Assembly (NCBI GenBank): GCA_965213675.1
Contig: OZ243916.1
Span: forward strand, 2,624,001 to 2,688,000
DNA from: an uncultured Candidatus Binatia bacterium
GTDB taxonomy: Bacteria; Desulfobacterota; Binatia; UBA9968; JAJDTQ01
Direction: 5' to 3'
DNA: 64,000 bases
Shown: in pieces, positions 1-10,405 of the stretch
Layout: each line of letters starts with the position of its first letter
Position numbering within the stretch: the first letter of the stretch is position 1
Made by a program: the position numbers and the translations under genes
The notes under the pieces: model-generated
Told to the model about the DNA's origin: nothing
Seen by the model: only the letters and a program-made list of their open reading frames with translations
Databases searched by the model: none

Positions 1-82
1 AGGTGAGCATGGGCTGCTACCGAAAAAGGGCTGACCAACACTCGGGAATGCGTGCGCCCCTACGCCAGCGCGTTTTGACGAC

Positions 83-1324
83 ATGGTTCCTTGGGAAGGA
101 GTCGGGTTGAACTCAGAATCGGGTGACGCAAGATCCGCCCTTCGTCCCGGTGAATTCGTTCCGCTCATCGCCCTTCTGATATCCCTCGTCGCGCTGGCTA
201 CCGACACGATGCTGCCGGCGATGCCCGCCATCGGGCATGATTTCGGGGTGCAGCGCCGGAACGATGTCCAGTACGTCATCACGGCGCTGCTCCTCGGCCT
301 CGCCGCCGGTCAGATTGTTTTCGGCCCGCTCTCTGATCGTTTTGGACGCAAACCCGCCATCCATGCCGGCCTTGGCCTGTTCATGGCGGGTTGTCTCATG
401 AGCGTCTTTGCGCCCGTCTTCGAGGTGATGATCGCGAGTCGCGTCGTGCAGGGCTTCGGTTTGGCGGGGCCGCGCATCGTGATCATTGCGCTGGTGCGCG
501 ATCAATACGAGGGACCGCAAATGGCTCGACTCATGTCGTTCGCCATCGCCGTGTTCATCCTCGTTCCCACCATCGCTCCGGCCCTTGGACAGGGCATCCT
601 GTGGCTGGCAGGCTGGCGCGCGATATTCGTCACCTTCTTCGTCGTCGCCGCCATCGGTTTCGCCTGGTTCGCGCTCCGGCAGCCGGAAACCCTGCCCGCG
701 GACCGCCGGCGCTCCCTCTCTCCGCGGACCGTCGGGGGAGCCGTCCTTGAAGTCCTGAGAATCCGGACCGCACGCGGATACACCCTCGCCACCGCCAGCG
801 CGTTCGCGCCGTTCATCGCCTACCTGAGTTCCGCCCAGCAGATATTCCAGGACGCGTACCAGGTCGGCGCCCTGTTCCCGGTCTATTTCGCCATGCTGTC
901 ACTGGTCATCGGAGGCGCCTCGCTCATGAACGCCCGCCTTGTGGTGAGGTATGGGATGAGCCGGATCACGCGGGCGGCAGCGGCGTCCATCACGCTGGTC
1001 TCCGTCGCTGGGTGGGCGGCGGCCTTCGCCTTCAGTGGACTCCCCCCGTTGTGGCTGTTCATGGCCTACCTGCTCGTCGTCTTCGGGAGCTTTGGGCTCC
1101 TCCTCGGCAATCTCAATGCGCTTGCCATGGAGCCGCTGGGCCACGTCGCCGGAGTGGGAGCGGCGGTGGTCGCTTCCCTCCCCATCTTCGTCGCAGTGCC
1201 GTTTGGAGCGTTCGTGGGCCAAACCTTCGATGGCACGATGTATGCCCAGATTTCCGCATTCGCGGTCTTCGGAGCGGGGGCCTTCGTTGCGATGAAATGG
1301 GCGGAGCCTGGGACAAACTCGTAG
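83..1324 (+). CDS. Bcr/CflA-family MFS multidrug efflux transporter
   Basis: 413 aa, ~12 hydrophobic segments, MFS motif A 'GPLSDRFGRKP', 'TDTMLPAMP' typical of Bcr/CflA. Confidence 0.9.
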   Translation: MVPWEGVGLNSESGDARSALRPGEFVPLIALLISLVALATDTMLPAMPAIGHDFGVQRRNDVQYVITALLLGLAAGQIVFGPLSDRFGRKPAIHAGLGLFMAGCLMSVFAPVFEVMIASRVVQGFGLAGPRIVIIALVRDQYEGPQMARLMSFAIAVFILVPTIAPALGQGILWLAGWRAIFVTFFVVAAIGFAWFALRQPETLPADRRRSLSPRTVGGAVLEVLRIRTARGYTLATASAFAPFIAYLSSAQQIFQDAYQVGALFPVYFAMLSLVIGGASLMNARLVVRYGMSRITRAAAASITLVSVAGWAAAFAFSGLPPLWLFMAYLLVVFGSFGLLLGNLNALAMEPLGHVAGVGAAVVASLPIFVAVPFGAFVGQTFDGTMYAQISAFAVFGAGAFVAMKWAEPGTNS

Positions 1325-1366
1325 ACTCCTGTCCGTGTAGGGGCGTCCGCCGCCCGCGCCCGGGGC

Positions 1367-1849
1367 ATGCGGGCAAGCCTTGCGTCCGATGCGCGCATTC
1401 AGCGCCAGATCGCCGAGATGGCGACGCTGCTGGAGAGCGCGCGGCGGGCCGTGGAGCGGCCGGAAATGCTGCGCGGCAACGCCGGTTCAGTGGAATTGAC
1501 GTTTATCCTGAATCAGGCGATATACTTGAGCACCGAGGCCGCCAGGGACATCGCCGAGGTGTGGCCCTCCACCAAGGGCACTTGGGGATACGAGGAAGAG
1601 GACCAGGCGGCCGCCAACCTGTGGGGGCATGGACTCGGGCTGGCGCAGTACGACACCCTGGTGGTATCGCGCATCTACTCCCTGGACCACCCGGTGGTGA
1701 TCGAACCGGGCATGAGCTTCGCCCTGGAGACCCAGCACGGCAAGCCGCTCCAGTGGGGCGTGCGGCTGGAGGAAATGTTGGTGGTGACCGAGGAAGGACC
1801 GCAGGTCACCACGCAGTCCCCCATTGAAAAGATCACCGTGGTCTGTTGA
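1367..1849 (+). pseudogene. Chimeric remnant: acyl-CoA dehydrogenase-like fragment fused to the C-terminal part of an M24 peptidase
   Basis: N-part 'IQRQIAEMATLLESARR...NQAIYLSTEAA' is ACAD C-terminal-like; C-part 'GHGLGL...FALET...GVRLEEMLVVT' is the M24 C-terminus; only 160 aa. Confidence 0.6.
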
Positions 1850-1879
1850 GGGGGGCGATCCACGAGTCCGCACGAGGGG

Positions 1880-3589
1880 ATGCAACAGAACTTCATGGTC
1901 AAGGCGCACAGGAAGATTTGCGAGGTCCTCGCCGAGGCGCGGGTGGATTTCGTCTTCGGCATACCCGGCGGCAGCGCCATGCGCATATTCGATTCGCTGT
2001 CCCACTACGCGGATCGGGTGCGTCCGATCCTGGTCCGGCACGAGCAGGCGGCCTCGGTCATGGCCGATATCTACGGCCGGCTGACGGGCAGGCCGGGCGT
2101 GGTGCTCGGCCAGGGGGCGTTCATCGGCACCAACGCTATCTTCGGAACCCTGGAGGCCCACCTGGCGGGCTCGCCCATGGTGGTGCTCGCGGATACCACC
2201 GAGGGCGGCGATTTCTCGCTGAACCCCCGTAACGCCAGCGGCTGGGGGCACTATGGCGGGTTCGACCTGAAGAACCTGTTTTCCGGCATTACCAAGTTCT
2301 CCGTCCTCGCCGCCACTCCCAAGGAAGCGGTGCTGGGCCTTCAGATGGCCATCAAGCACGCTACCACCGGGCGTCATGGGCCCACCGCGGTGATCATGCG
2401 CCAGGCCGCCATCGCGGGCGAGTTGGATCCGGACAAGCCGCCGCGGGTCCACTCCACCGAGCACTGGCTCCAGGGGGAACCGACCATGCCGGCGGTGGCG
2501 GAGTTGATATCGGCCATCGAGCTGCTGGAGGCGGCTGAGCGGCCCGTCATCATCGCCGGCAACGGGGTCCACGCGGCGAAGGCCTACGATGAGCTGGCGG
2601 CCATGGCCGAGCTGCTGGGAAGCCCGGTGGCCACGACGTACAACGGCAAGAGCGCATTCCCGGAGAACCACCCGCTGGCCCTCGGCATGATGGGCCGGTA
2701 CGGCCAGCCGGTGGCCAACGGCGTCATCCAGGACGCGGACACGATCCTGGTGGTGGGCTCCCGGCTGGCCCCCAACGACACCAACAGCGAGCTACTCATC
2801 GACTGCGACCGGCAGACGCTGATCCAGATCGACATCGAACCCAGGAACGCCGGCTGGTCCTATCCCGTGGCGGTGGCGCTCATCGGCGATGCCAAGGCCG
2901 TGTTGAAGCAACTGTTGCAGACGGGCGGGGAGGGCCTTCAGCGGAACGGCTGGCAAGGGGCGGCGCGGCTGGAGCAACGCAAGCGCGCGGAAAACTACTT
3001 CGAGAATGCCGCCCTTCACGCCGGCGCCGTGCCCATCATGCCCCAGCGGCTGGTCAAGGATCTCAACGAAGCACTGGACCCGGAGACCATCGTCACCCTC
3101 GACGCCGGCAGCAACCGGGTGTGGATGGCCCACTACTATCAGACCCGTGCGCCGGGGACCCTGTTCGTGCCCGGCGGGCTCGCGGGCATGGGCTGGGGCG
3201 CTCCCGCCGCGGTGGGGGCCAAGCTCGTGCACCCGGACAGGCCGGTGGTGAGCGTGAGCGGCGACGGCGGGTTCTCCATGTCCGTGCACGTCATCGCCAC
3301 CGCGGTGCAGTACGACCTGCCGGTGGTCTTCGTGGTCATGAACAACTCGGGCCTGGGAATGATCGCCACCGGTGACCTGGGCGGCGATTCGCCCGCCACC
3401 TTCAACGACACCGACTTCGCCGCGGTGGCCCGGGGCTTCGGTGCCGAGGGTCTGCGGGTGGAGAACCCCGCCGAAATTCAGGACGCGGTAAGGGAGGCCG
3501 TGAAGAAGGGAAGGCCCACGGTGGTGGACGTGATCACCGACGGCACCGTAGGGCTCGAGAGCATCAGCAGCGGCGCCACCGTGGGATGA
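1880..3589 (+). CDS. Thiamine diphosphate-dependent enzyme (acetolactate synthase large subunit-like)
   Basis: 'VFGIPGG', catalytic 'RHEQ', ThDP motif 'GDGGF...NN'. Confidence 0.9.
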   Translation: MQQNFMVKAHRKICEVLAEARVDFVFGIPGGSAMRIFDSLSHYADRVRPILVRHEQAASVMADIYGRLTGRPGVVLGQGAFIGTNAIFGTLEAHLAGSPMVVLADTTEGGDFSLNPRNASGWGHYGGFDLKNLFSGITKFSVLAATPKEAVLGLQMAIKHATTGRHGPTAVIMRQAAIAGELDPDKPPRVHSTEHWLQGEPTMPAVAELISAIELLEAAERPVIIAGNGVHAAKAYDELAAMAELLGSPVATTYNGKSAFPENHPLALGMMGRYGQPVANGVIQDADTILVVGSRLAPNDTNSELLIDCDRQTLIQIDIEPRNAGWSYPVAVALIGDAKAVLKQLLQTGGEGLQRNGWQGAARLEQRKRAENYFENAALHAGAVPIMPQRLVKDLNEALDPETIVTLDAGSNRVWMAHYYQTRAPGTLFVPGGLAGMGWGAPAAVGAKLVHPDRPVVSVSGDGGFSMSVHVIATAVQYDLPVVFVVMNNSGLGMIATGDLGGDSPATFNDTDFAAVARGFGAEGLRVENPAEIQDAVREAVKKGRPTVVDVITDGTVGLESISSGATVG

Positions 3590-3634
3590 TGCCGGTGCTG
3601 AGTGCGGCGGCCTGGCGCGCCATGAAGAGAGTCT

Positions 3635-3760
3635 TCAGGTGATCAGCCCGTACAGCTTTCCGGCGTTCTCGCACGTCACCTTGCGCCGCACCTCCGGATA
3701 GAACCCCCCAGATCCTTCTCGATGGTCTTCTACGAATCCGGCCAGATCCCGTCTGGATGC
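3635..3760 (-). pseudogene. C-terminal remnant of an amidohydrolase
   Basis: Ends 'EVRRKVTCENAGKLYGLI', matching the amidohydrolase C-termini in this window (e.g. KILWDNCARLYG). Confidence 0.5.
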
Positions 3761-3812
3761 GGGTAGTCGGAGCGCCACATATTGACGGCCGAACGGCGCT
3801 GGAGTTGACAGA

Positions 3813-4913
3813 ATGGGCAGAATCAAGAACCTCGACGAGATCAAGGCCATGGTGCGCGAGCGCACCGGGAAGCGCACGGTCTTCCGCGGCGCCCGGATCG
3901 AGGACGTGGAGCCGGTTCTCGACCGGCTCACGACCAAGGACCCGGAACTCTGGGCGGCGGAGTGGTCGCGGGCGGCGGCGCCCTACGAGGAAGCCGGCGA
4001 TACGCACGAAGCGGCGGGACGGAGGGCGGAAGCGCGGGAGGCCTTCCTCATGGCCTACGTGTACTACACCATCGGGCGCTATCCCGTGCCGCACTCGCCG
4101 GGGAAGCAGGAATGCGCGCGCAAGAGCGTGGCGTTGTACCTGCGGGCGGCGCGCCACTTCACGCCGGCGCTGGAACTCCTGGAAATTCCCTACCGCGAGG
4201 ATCGGATGATCCGGGCTTTCCTCCGAAAGCCCCAGGGCGTAGTCCCTTGCCCGGTGGTCATCAACTTCGGCGGCATCGACTCCTACAAGCCGGAATGCCA
4301 CGAGTACGACGAGGCGCTGCTGAACGCGGGGCTGGGAGCGTGCGCCATGGACATGCCCGGCGTGGGGGAGGCTCCGATCAAAGGCTCCACCACCGCCGAG
4401 AGCCTGTTCAGCGCAGTCATCGACCATCTGTGTGAACGCGAAGACGTGGATGCGCGGCGCATCGGCATACTGGGCCGGAGCTTTGGCGGCTACTGGTCCG
4501 CCAAGATGAGCTTCGTGGAACCCGAGCGGTTGCGCGCCGCGGTGGTATGGGGCGGCGGCGTCCACTACAACTTCCAGCCGGATTGGGTGCGCGGGTCCAC
4601 CAACGCGGAGAGCTACCTCATGGACCACGAGATCTGCCGCGCCAGCGCCTTCGGCCTCCGCAACATCGATGAGCTGGCGGCGTTCTTCCCCTCCCTTTCG
4701 CTCAAGACCCAGGGGCTGCTGGACAAGCCCTCCTGTCCCATGCTGATCGTCAACGGGAAGAACGACCTGCAAACGCCCATTCAGGACCTGTATCTGCTTT
4801 TGGAACACGGCGGTCCCAAGACCGCCCGGGTCTTTCCCGGAGGCCACATGGGCCAGACGCCGCAGACCCTTCCCACCATCGTCCGCTGGCTCCAAAGGGA
4901 GCTGCGAAAATAA
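3813..4913 (+). CDS. Alpha/beta hydrolase, FrsA / 2,6-dihydroxypseudooxynicotine hydrolase-like
   Basis: 'GGIDSYK', 'DMPGVGE', nucleophile 'GRSFGG', 'NGKND', 'GGHMG'. Confidence 0.8.
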   Translation: MGRIKNLDEIKAMVRERTGKRTVFRGARIEDVEPVLDRLTTKDPELWAAEWSRAAAPYEEAGDTHEAAGRRAEAREAFLMAYVYYTIGRYPVPHSPGKQECARKSVALYLRAARHFTPALELLEIPYREDRMIRAFLRKPQGVVPCPVVINFGGIDSYKPECHEYDEALLNAGLGACAMDMPGVGEAPIKGSTTAESLFSAVIDHLCEREDVDARRIGILGRSFGGYWSAKMSFVEPERLRAAVVWGGGVHYNFQPDWVRGSTNAESYLMDHEICRASAFGLRNIDELAAFFPSLSLKTQGLLDKPSCPMLIVNGKNDLQTPIQDLYLLLEHGGPKTARVFPGGHMGQTPQTLPTIVRWLQRELRK

Positions 4914-5070
4914 TCGTGCGGACGATCGTTCGGCTCTTGCAATGGCGCGCGATCCGCATTACTAGTGGACTCTACAGCCATCGAACCGCTGGACCGAGGA
5001 CCCATGCGGCCGGCGGTATATTTTTTGCGATTCATTCGGACTACCGTTCATTACCAAAAAGGAGGAAACC

Positions 5071-6186
5071 ATGTTGATCAAGAAGGAGAGGATCGACACT
5101 TTTGACGATTGGGTGGATGCGTTCCATCAGTGGCATGACGATATCGGCTATCCCACGGAGTTGATCGGCGGCGACTATACCTTCGAGACCAAGCTCGACG
5201 ACGTGGAGAGCAACGAGATCGAGTTCGGCGAGTACGCCGGACGGCCCAAGTGGGAGAAGGTGACGGACATCCCCGACCAGCGTATCCAGGACGCGCTGGC
5301 CCACCTCATCGAGTTCCAGGGGGACACCGAGTTCGCCTCGGTGGAGCAGCAGACCAACCTCATCGAGCGCGCGCCCACCGAAGTGGACCTGAAGAACCTG
5401 ATCCGCATCAACCGGGAAGAGATGCGCCACGGCTGGCAGATGGCCTACGTGCTGGTGACCCAGTTCGGCGAGTCCGGCAAACGCCAGTCCCAGCGGCTGC
5501 TGGAGCGGCGCGCCTCCGAGGGTTCGCGCCTCCTGGACTCCTTCAATCAGCCCGTGCGCAACTGGCTCGACTTCTTCGTCTACACGAGCTTCATCGACCG
5601 GGACGGCAAGTACCAGTTGAACATGCTGAGCCGGAGCGCCTTCGCCCCGTTGGGCCGGAGCACCCTGCCCATGCTGAAGGAAGAGGCCTACCACCTGGCC
5701 CAGGGCAACATCGGCCTCATGCGCATCGTCAAGGCTGGCAAGATCCCCATGCCCATCATCCAGAAGTACTTCAACAAGTGGATCTCCACCGCCTACGACC
5801 TGTTCGGCCAGGACGAGTCCAGCTCCGCCCACTGGGCCTATGTGTGGGGCCTCAAGGGACGCTACGACGAGCACCTGTACGACGAGCCGGCGGACATGGA
5901 TCGCCTGAATGAGCTGTCGCGCACGACCTTCTTCAAGGAGGTGCAGGCGCTGGTGGACGCGCTGAACCACAACATCGCCGACGATCAGCCCAAGCTGACG
6001 ATACCCAGCGACAAGTTCCGCCGCTACATCGGCAACCATGCCGACAAGCCCTACAGCATCACGGGTGAACTGCTCTCCGACGAGGACTACGCAAGGCACC
6101 TGGAGGAAGTGATGCCCACGGATACCGACGACGAGTTGGTCATCGGCCTGGAAAAGGAAGGCGGCTGGATCCTCGACCCGAGATAA
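5071..6186 (+). CDS. BoxB/PaaA-like diiron (ferritin-like) aryl-CoA epoxidase subunit
   Basis: 'QGDTEFASVEQQ', 'EEMRHGWQM', 'DRDGKYQL', 'EEAYH' diiron ExxH motifs; RBS AGGAGG. Confidence 0.8.
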   Translation: MLIKKERIDTFDDWVDAFHQWHDDIGYPTELIGGDYTFETKLDDVESNEIEFGEYAGRPKWEKVTDIPDQRIQDALAHLIEFQGDTEFASVEQQTNLIERAPTEVDLKNLIRINREEMRHGWQMAYVLVTQFGESGKRQSQRLLERRASEGSRLLDSFNQPVRNWLDFFVYTSFIDRDGKYQLNMLSRSAFAPLGRSTLPMLKEEAYHLAQGNIGLMRIVKAGKIPMPIIQKYFNKWISTAYDLFGQDESSSAHWAYVWGLKGRYDEHLYDEPADMDRLNELSRTTFFKEVQALVDALNHNIADDQPKLTIPSDKFRRYIGNHADKPYSITGELLSDEDYARHLEEVMPTDTDDELVIGLEKEGGWILDPR

Positions 6187-6238
6187 TCCGGGAACGACGT
6201 TCAAACGAAAACGACGCGATTCCGCAAACGGCGCGGGC

Positions 6239-7501
6239 CTACGAATCCACCTCGATGCCGTAGGCCCGCGCCATCACGACAATGGGGTGCACCGGCTTGT
6301 GGCCGGTGCCCTGCTCCACCTGAACCGCTGACAGCGGACAGTCCGTCACCGTACAGGCGTCATCCGACCGCATGAACTTGAACAGCGGCCGGCCCACCTT
6401 CATGGACGCCTCGAAATTCTCCTTCTTGACGCTCCAGGTGCCGTCGTGGCCGCTGCAGCACTGCATGCGGGAGACTTCCGCGTCGGGGATGAGCTGCATC
6501 AACTCCTGGGCCTTGAAGCCGATGTTCTGGGCCTTGAGGTGGCACGGCTGGTGGTAGCGGATCTTGCCCGCGGCCTGGGTGAAGTCCACGTCCAGCTTGC
6601 CGCTCTCGTTCAACTGCACCAGGTATTCCGACAGATCCAGGGTGTTTTCCGCCACCAGCCGCGTGTCGTCGGTGGGCAGCATGCGCGGGTAATCCTGCTT
6701 GAGCATGTAGCTGCAGCTCGCCGTGGGCACCACGATCTTGTAGCCCTGGCGCACCGCCTCGCTCAGGCTCTTGACGTTGGCTTCGATCTTCTGCACCGCC
6801 TCGTCCAGGAGCCCCACGTCGATGAACGGCATGCCGCAGCATTGCTGCTCGGGAACCGCGCACTCGACGCCGTTCTTCTCCAGCACGCCCACCGCAGCCT
6901 TGCCGATGTCGGGCTCGTTGTAGTTGACGGTGCAGGTGTAGAAGAGCGCCGCCTTCTCCGTACCGTTCCCCTTGGCGGCCGCCGGGCGGCGGCGCAGCCA
7001 CTTTGCGAAGGTCTGCCCGTGGTAGGTCGGCAACAGCCGGTCGCGGTGGACCCCCAGGTACTTCTCCATCAGACCGCGCACGAACGGGGTCCGGTTCGCC
7101 CAGTTGACCAGCGGCGCCATCCAGCTCGCCAGCCGACCGGCCCGGTCGGTGTCGCCCATGAGCCGGTCGGCCCAGCTCACACCCTTGTCCTTGGCCTCCA
7201 CCAGTGTCGCCCGCATCATGGTCCGGGGAAAGTCGATGTCCCACTCGTGCGGCGGCACGTACGGACAAATGGGATCGCACAGCTTGCACTGGTAGCACTG
7301 GTCCACCACCGTCTTCATCTGCTCGTCCTTGAGCGCGGTGGCGTCACCGAAGTTCTCGTCCATCATCTGGAACAGGCTCACGAACGACGGACACAGCGTG
7401 TGGCACAGCGTGCAGCCGTAGCAGATGTCGAACACGCGATCGAGTTCCGTGCGCAAGGCTCCCTTGTCCCAGAACGCCGGTGTCTTGGGTTCAAAGCTCA
7501 T
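6239..7501 (-). CDS. Fe-S oxidoreductase with two CCG domains (GlpC/HdrD-like)
   Basis: CxxCxxCxxxCP twice, 'QQCCGMP', 'YHQPCH', 'CCSGHDG'. Confidence 0.85.
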   Translation of the reverse strand: MSFEPKTPAFWDKGALRTELDRVFDICYGCTLCHTLCPSFVSLFQMMDENFGDATALKDEQMKTVVDQCYQCKLCDPICPYVPPHEWDIDFPRTMMRATLVEAKDKGVSWADRLMGDTDRAGRLASWMAPLVNWANRTPFVRGLMEKYLGVHRDRLLPTYHGQTFAKWLRRRPAAAKGNGTEKAALFYTCTVNYNEPDIGKAAVGVLEKNGVECAVPEQQCCGMPFIDVGLLDEAVQKIEANVKSLSEAVRQGYKIVVPTASCSYMLKQDYPRMLPTDDTRLVAENTLDLSEYLVQLNESGKLDVDFTQAAGKIRYHQPCHLKAQNIGFKAQELMQLIPDAEVSRMQCCSGHDGTWSVKKENFEASMKVGRPLFKFMRSDDACTVTDCPLSAVQVEQGTGHKPVHPIVVMARAYGIEVDS

Positions 7502-7637
7502 GGGTGTGGTTTCCTCCGGTGTGATGTTCGCATCAAAACGGGATGGGAGGTGATTTTAAGGGTTTCGTCCACTAAAAGTAAGAAACGAGACCAAATTTAT
7601 ACGGGCAACTCAATTTGGTCCGCGCCCTAACGGGTCA

Positions 7638-8777
7638 TTAATCGAGCTGCTGCCGCAGGATCCGAAAGATCAGCCCGTAGAACCGGCAACAGGACGGCAG
7701 GGTCGTCGTCACGAACTCGCGTATCGAGCGCACCGGAAGCCGCGCGTCCACATGGCTCACCACCTTCAGGATGGCGACGTGGACGCGGCTCGGGTCGGGC
7801 GCCGCGTCGGCCAGCCGCAGGCTCTCGGTCGAAGGGAGCAGCGGGTCGGTGTCGCCGTGGCCGATGAGCACCCGCGCGCCGACCCGCGGCATGATCGTGC
7901 GCAGGGAAAGGCTCTCCAGATAGCTTCGCACGGCGGGCTCCGTCGCCTCCATCAGGCTCCGGACCCGATCCGGGTCCTGGTTGCGGATCAACTCGTACAC
8001 GGCCCGTCCGTCTTCGGTGAGCCGGTCCGGCGAGATCACCGGCGCCGCCCCTTCCCAGTTGGTGGCGCCGCCGGCGTCGGCCTCCCGCTCCATGGCATCG
8101 AGCAGACCGGACAGCACCCGGCGATCCTCCTCCGCCGTCAAATGGATCAAGAGATTCTTCACGAACACGTACCGCGCATAGATATCAGGCGCCTGGAGGT
8201 GCCGGTAGCCTTGGTATTCGTCCCGGCCGGTAGTCAGATAACGGACCACGTTAACGGTGTCGTAGTAGCCGCCGAAAGACACCACGAACTTCACCCGTTC
8301 CCGGATGGACGGGTCGGCCGCGGCCTTCAGAATCGGACCCGCGGCAAAGCTGATCCCGAACAGGCCTGCGCGGGTGTCGTCCACCTCCTCCATCGACAGC
8401 AGGAAACGGAAGGCCGCCACGATGTCGTCGGCCTCCTTCATTTCCAGCCGAAGCGACTTGAGGCCGTCGAGCTCGGGTACCAGCACGGCGAATCCGCAGC
8501 CGGCCAGTTCGTTCGCCAACGCCACCAGACGCGGGTCGTCCTTGCCCGTTTCGAGCACCCCGTGGCTGACAAGCAGGCCGGCGCGTGGCCGGGCATCCGG
8601 CACGATGTAGAGATCAGCGGCCATCCGCCGGTCGCCCGCGGCAATGGCCAGGGTCCGCACGGTTGGTCCGCGCCTGCGCAAACCTCGCAGAAGCTTCCTC
8701 AAGCCCTCGCCGCCCAACAGATGCAGCAACAGCGCCAAGCTCAGGAACGCAACCTGAACGTATGAAAGAATGAACAA
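7638..8777 (-). CDS. Alpha/beta-fold hydrolase, N-terminal hydrophobic segment
   Basis: 'VSHG', 'GISFAAG', 'GHGDTDPLLP', 'SHV'. Confidence 0.7.
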   Translation of the reverse strand: MFILSYVQVAFLSLALLLHLLGGEGLRKLLRGLRRRGPTVRTLAIAAGDRRMAADLYIVPDARPRAGLLVSHGVLETGKDDPRLVALANELAGCGFAVLVPELDGLKSLRLEMKEADDIVAAFRFLLSMEEVDDTRAGLFGISFAAGPILKAAADPSIRERVKFVVSFGGYYDTVNVVRYLTTGRDEYQGYRHLQAPDIYARYVFVKNLLIHLTAEEDRRVLSGLLDAMEREADAGGATNWEGAAPVISPDRLTEDGRAVYELIRNQDPDRVRSLMEATEPAVRSYLESLSLRTIMPRVGARVLIGHGDTDPLLPSTESLRLADAAPDPSRVHVAILKVVSHVDARLPVRSIREFVTTTLPSCCRFYGLIFRILRQQLD

Positions 8778-8904
8778 GGGCGGAGCCCCGCCGGCGTGGT
8801 GTCTATGGCTGCGACCCGCGGCATCGACAGATCCCCGTAGCCGGCGCCGTTGCCGGCTACGGGAAACCTCGTCGATTTCCTCGCGGGTTCACGCGGAACC
8901 CGCG

Positions 8905-10017
8905 CTAGTGATGCGCGGCCTCACCCTCCAGGGCGAGGTTGATGTGGTGGTGGGACTTGGACACCGGGCCGATGCCCTTGGCGAGGGTGGTCCAGTGCTC
9001 GCCCTCGTCGTCGCTGTAGAAGATGTCGCCGTCGGTGGTGCCGGCGAATATGGCGTAGCCGCCGTTCCACGCGTCCATGCACATGGCCTCGATATTGGCG
9101 CGGATGTGCTCGGGAAGGCCTTCCCCCAGGATGTCCCAGGTGTGGCCGCCGTCACGGCTGCGCGCCACCCGGGCGTCCGCGGTGTGAAGCTTGCGCCATG
9201 TGCCCGGGCCGGTCTTGGCGCCGGCCACGAACAGCAGGTTCGGGTCCTGCGGGTGGACGAAGAACGGGTCCACGTAGCCGATGCGGAAGTCCCGCGGGGT
9301 CATGTTCTGCCAGGTGGCGCCGCCGTCGCCGCTCACGCAGAAGCCCGCCATGACCTCGGGGCCGCAGTTGGTGGTGGGCGCCGTGCCATAGAGCTTGTCC
9401 GGATCGTTGGACGGAATGAACACCCGGTGCGCGTCCGGATTGATGTTGTCGATGATGCTCCATGTCTGGCCGCCGTCGGTGGTGCGCAGGAAGCCGCCCA
9501 CTTCCACCGCCACATGGATCACGTCGGGGTCCGTGGGATGGAACGTGATGCTCTTGGCGTGGGCCTGATGCGGCTCGGCCGGGAACGTCCACTTGTCCAC
9601 CCCCGGAACCTGCCGGAAGCCCGGCAACTCGTTCCAGCTCTTGCCGAGATCGTCGCTGTAGTAGAGATGCGCCGGCTGCGTACCCGCGTAGACCCTGGGC
9701 TTGCCGTCCACCACCTGCGTGGCCAGCGAGTAGATCTCCTTGTCGCCGATGCCGCTGTCCCGCTTCTCCCAAGTGCGGCCCTCGTCAGTGCTGGTGTAGA
9801 TTTCGCACCCGTAGGTGCCCGCCAGCAGCGTCCCGGTGGCGGGCTCGAAGATGACGGCGCTGACGTGCTTCCCGGGCAAGTACACGTTGTCCTGCTGCCA
9901 CGAGCCGTTGTCCCGGCGGAACGAGAAGACGCCGTCCACCGTGCCGACGAGCAGCTTGTTGTTGGCGGTTTCGCCGTGGGTGAGCAACTGGCCTCCAGGG
10001 GATAGACATACAAACAT
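8905..10017 (-). CDS. BNR/Asp-box beta-propeller protein (WD40/YVTN/BNR-like)
   Basis: Repeated S/T-x-D-x-G-x-T/S-W motifs; ATG at 10017 with AAGGAGG RBS (ORF-track start 10131 is too long). Confidence 0.8.
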   Translation of the reverse strand: MFVCLSPGGQLLTHGETANNKLLVGTVDGVFSFRRDNGSWQQDNVYLPGKHVSAVIFEPATGTLLAGTYGCEIYTSTDEGRTWEKRDSGIGDKEIYSLATQVVDGKPRVYAGTQPAHLYYSDDLGKSWNELPGFRQVPGVDKWTFPAEPHQAHAKSITFHPTDPDVIHVAVEVGGFLRTTDGGQTWSIIDNINPDAHRVFIPSNDPDKLYGTAPTTNCGPEVMAGFCVSGDGGATWQNMTPRDFRIGYVDPFFVHPQDPNLLFVAGAKTGPGTWRKLHTADARVARSRDGGHTWDILGEGLPEHIRANIEAMCMDAWNGGYAIFAGTTDGDIFYSDDEGEHWTTLAKGIGPVSKSHHHINLALEGEAAHH

Positions 10018-10405
10018 GGCGGTCCTCCTTCGTGTCCTTTTCTTGTTCGCTCTTCGTGTCTTGATGGCGCGCCACCGGCGCGGACGAGTCTCAAGCCAGT
10101 CCTGCCGTCGATGGACGGGTTGTCGCTTCATCCTACTGAAGGTCCCTTTCCTGCGTCAAGCCGATGGACTCACCCACTTGTCGCCGATCTCGCCCGCGGA
10201 AGGATGGGGGGCCACGGCGTCAGCGTCTCCTGCCGCACCCAGGAAAGCGATCGCGCCGGGCGCCCTGGACCACGCGCGGGGTTGAATTTCCCAGCGCCTT
10301 GTTATTAGTTCTGACACCGGACAGGACGATGCACGACGTTCTCGTGGCGTCCCGAAGGCGGTTGGAACCAAGCAGGACCAAGATAATTTCTGAAGGAGGA
10401 AGTAC

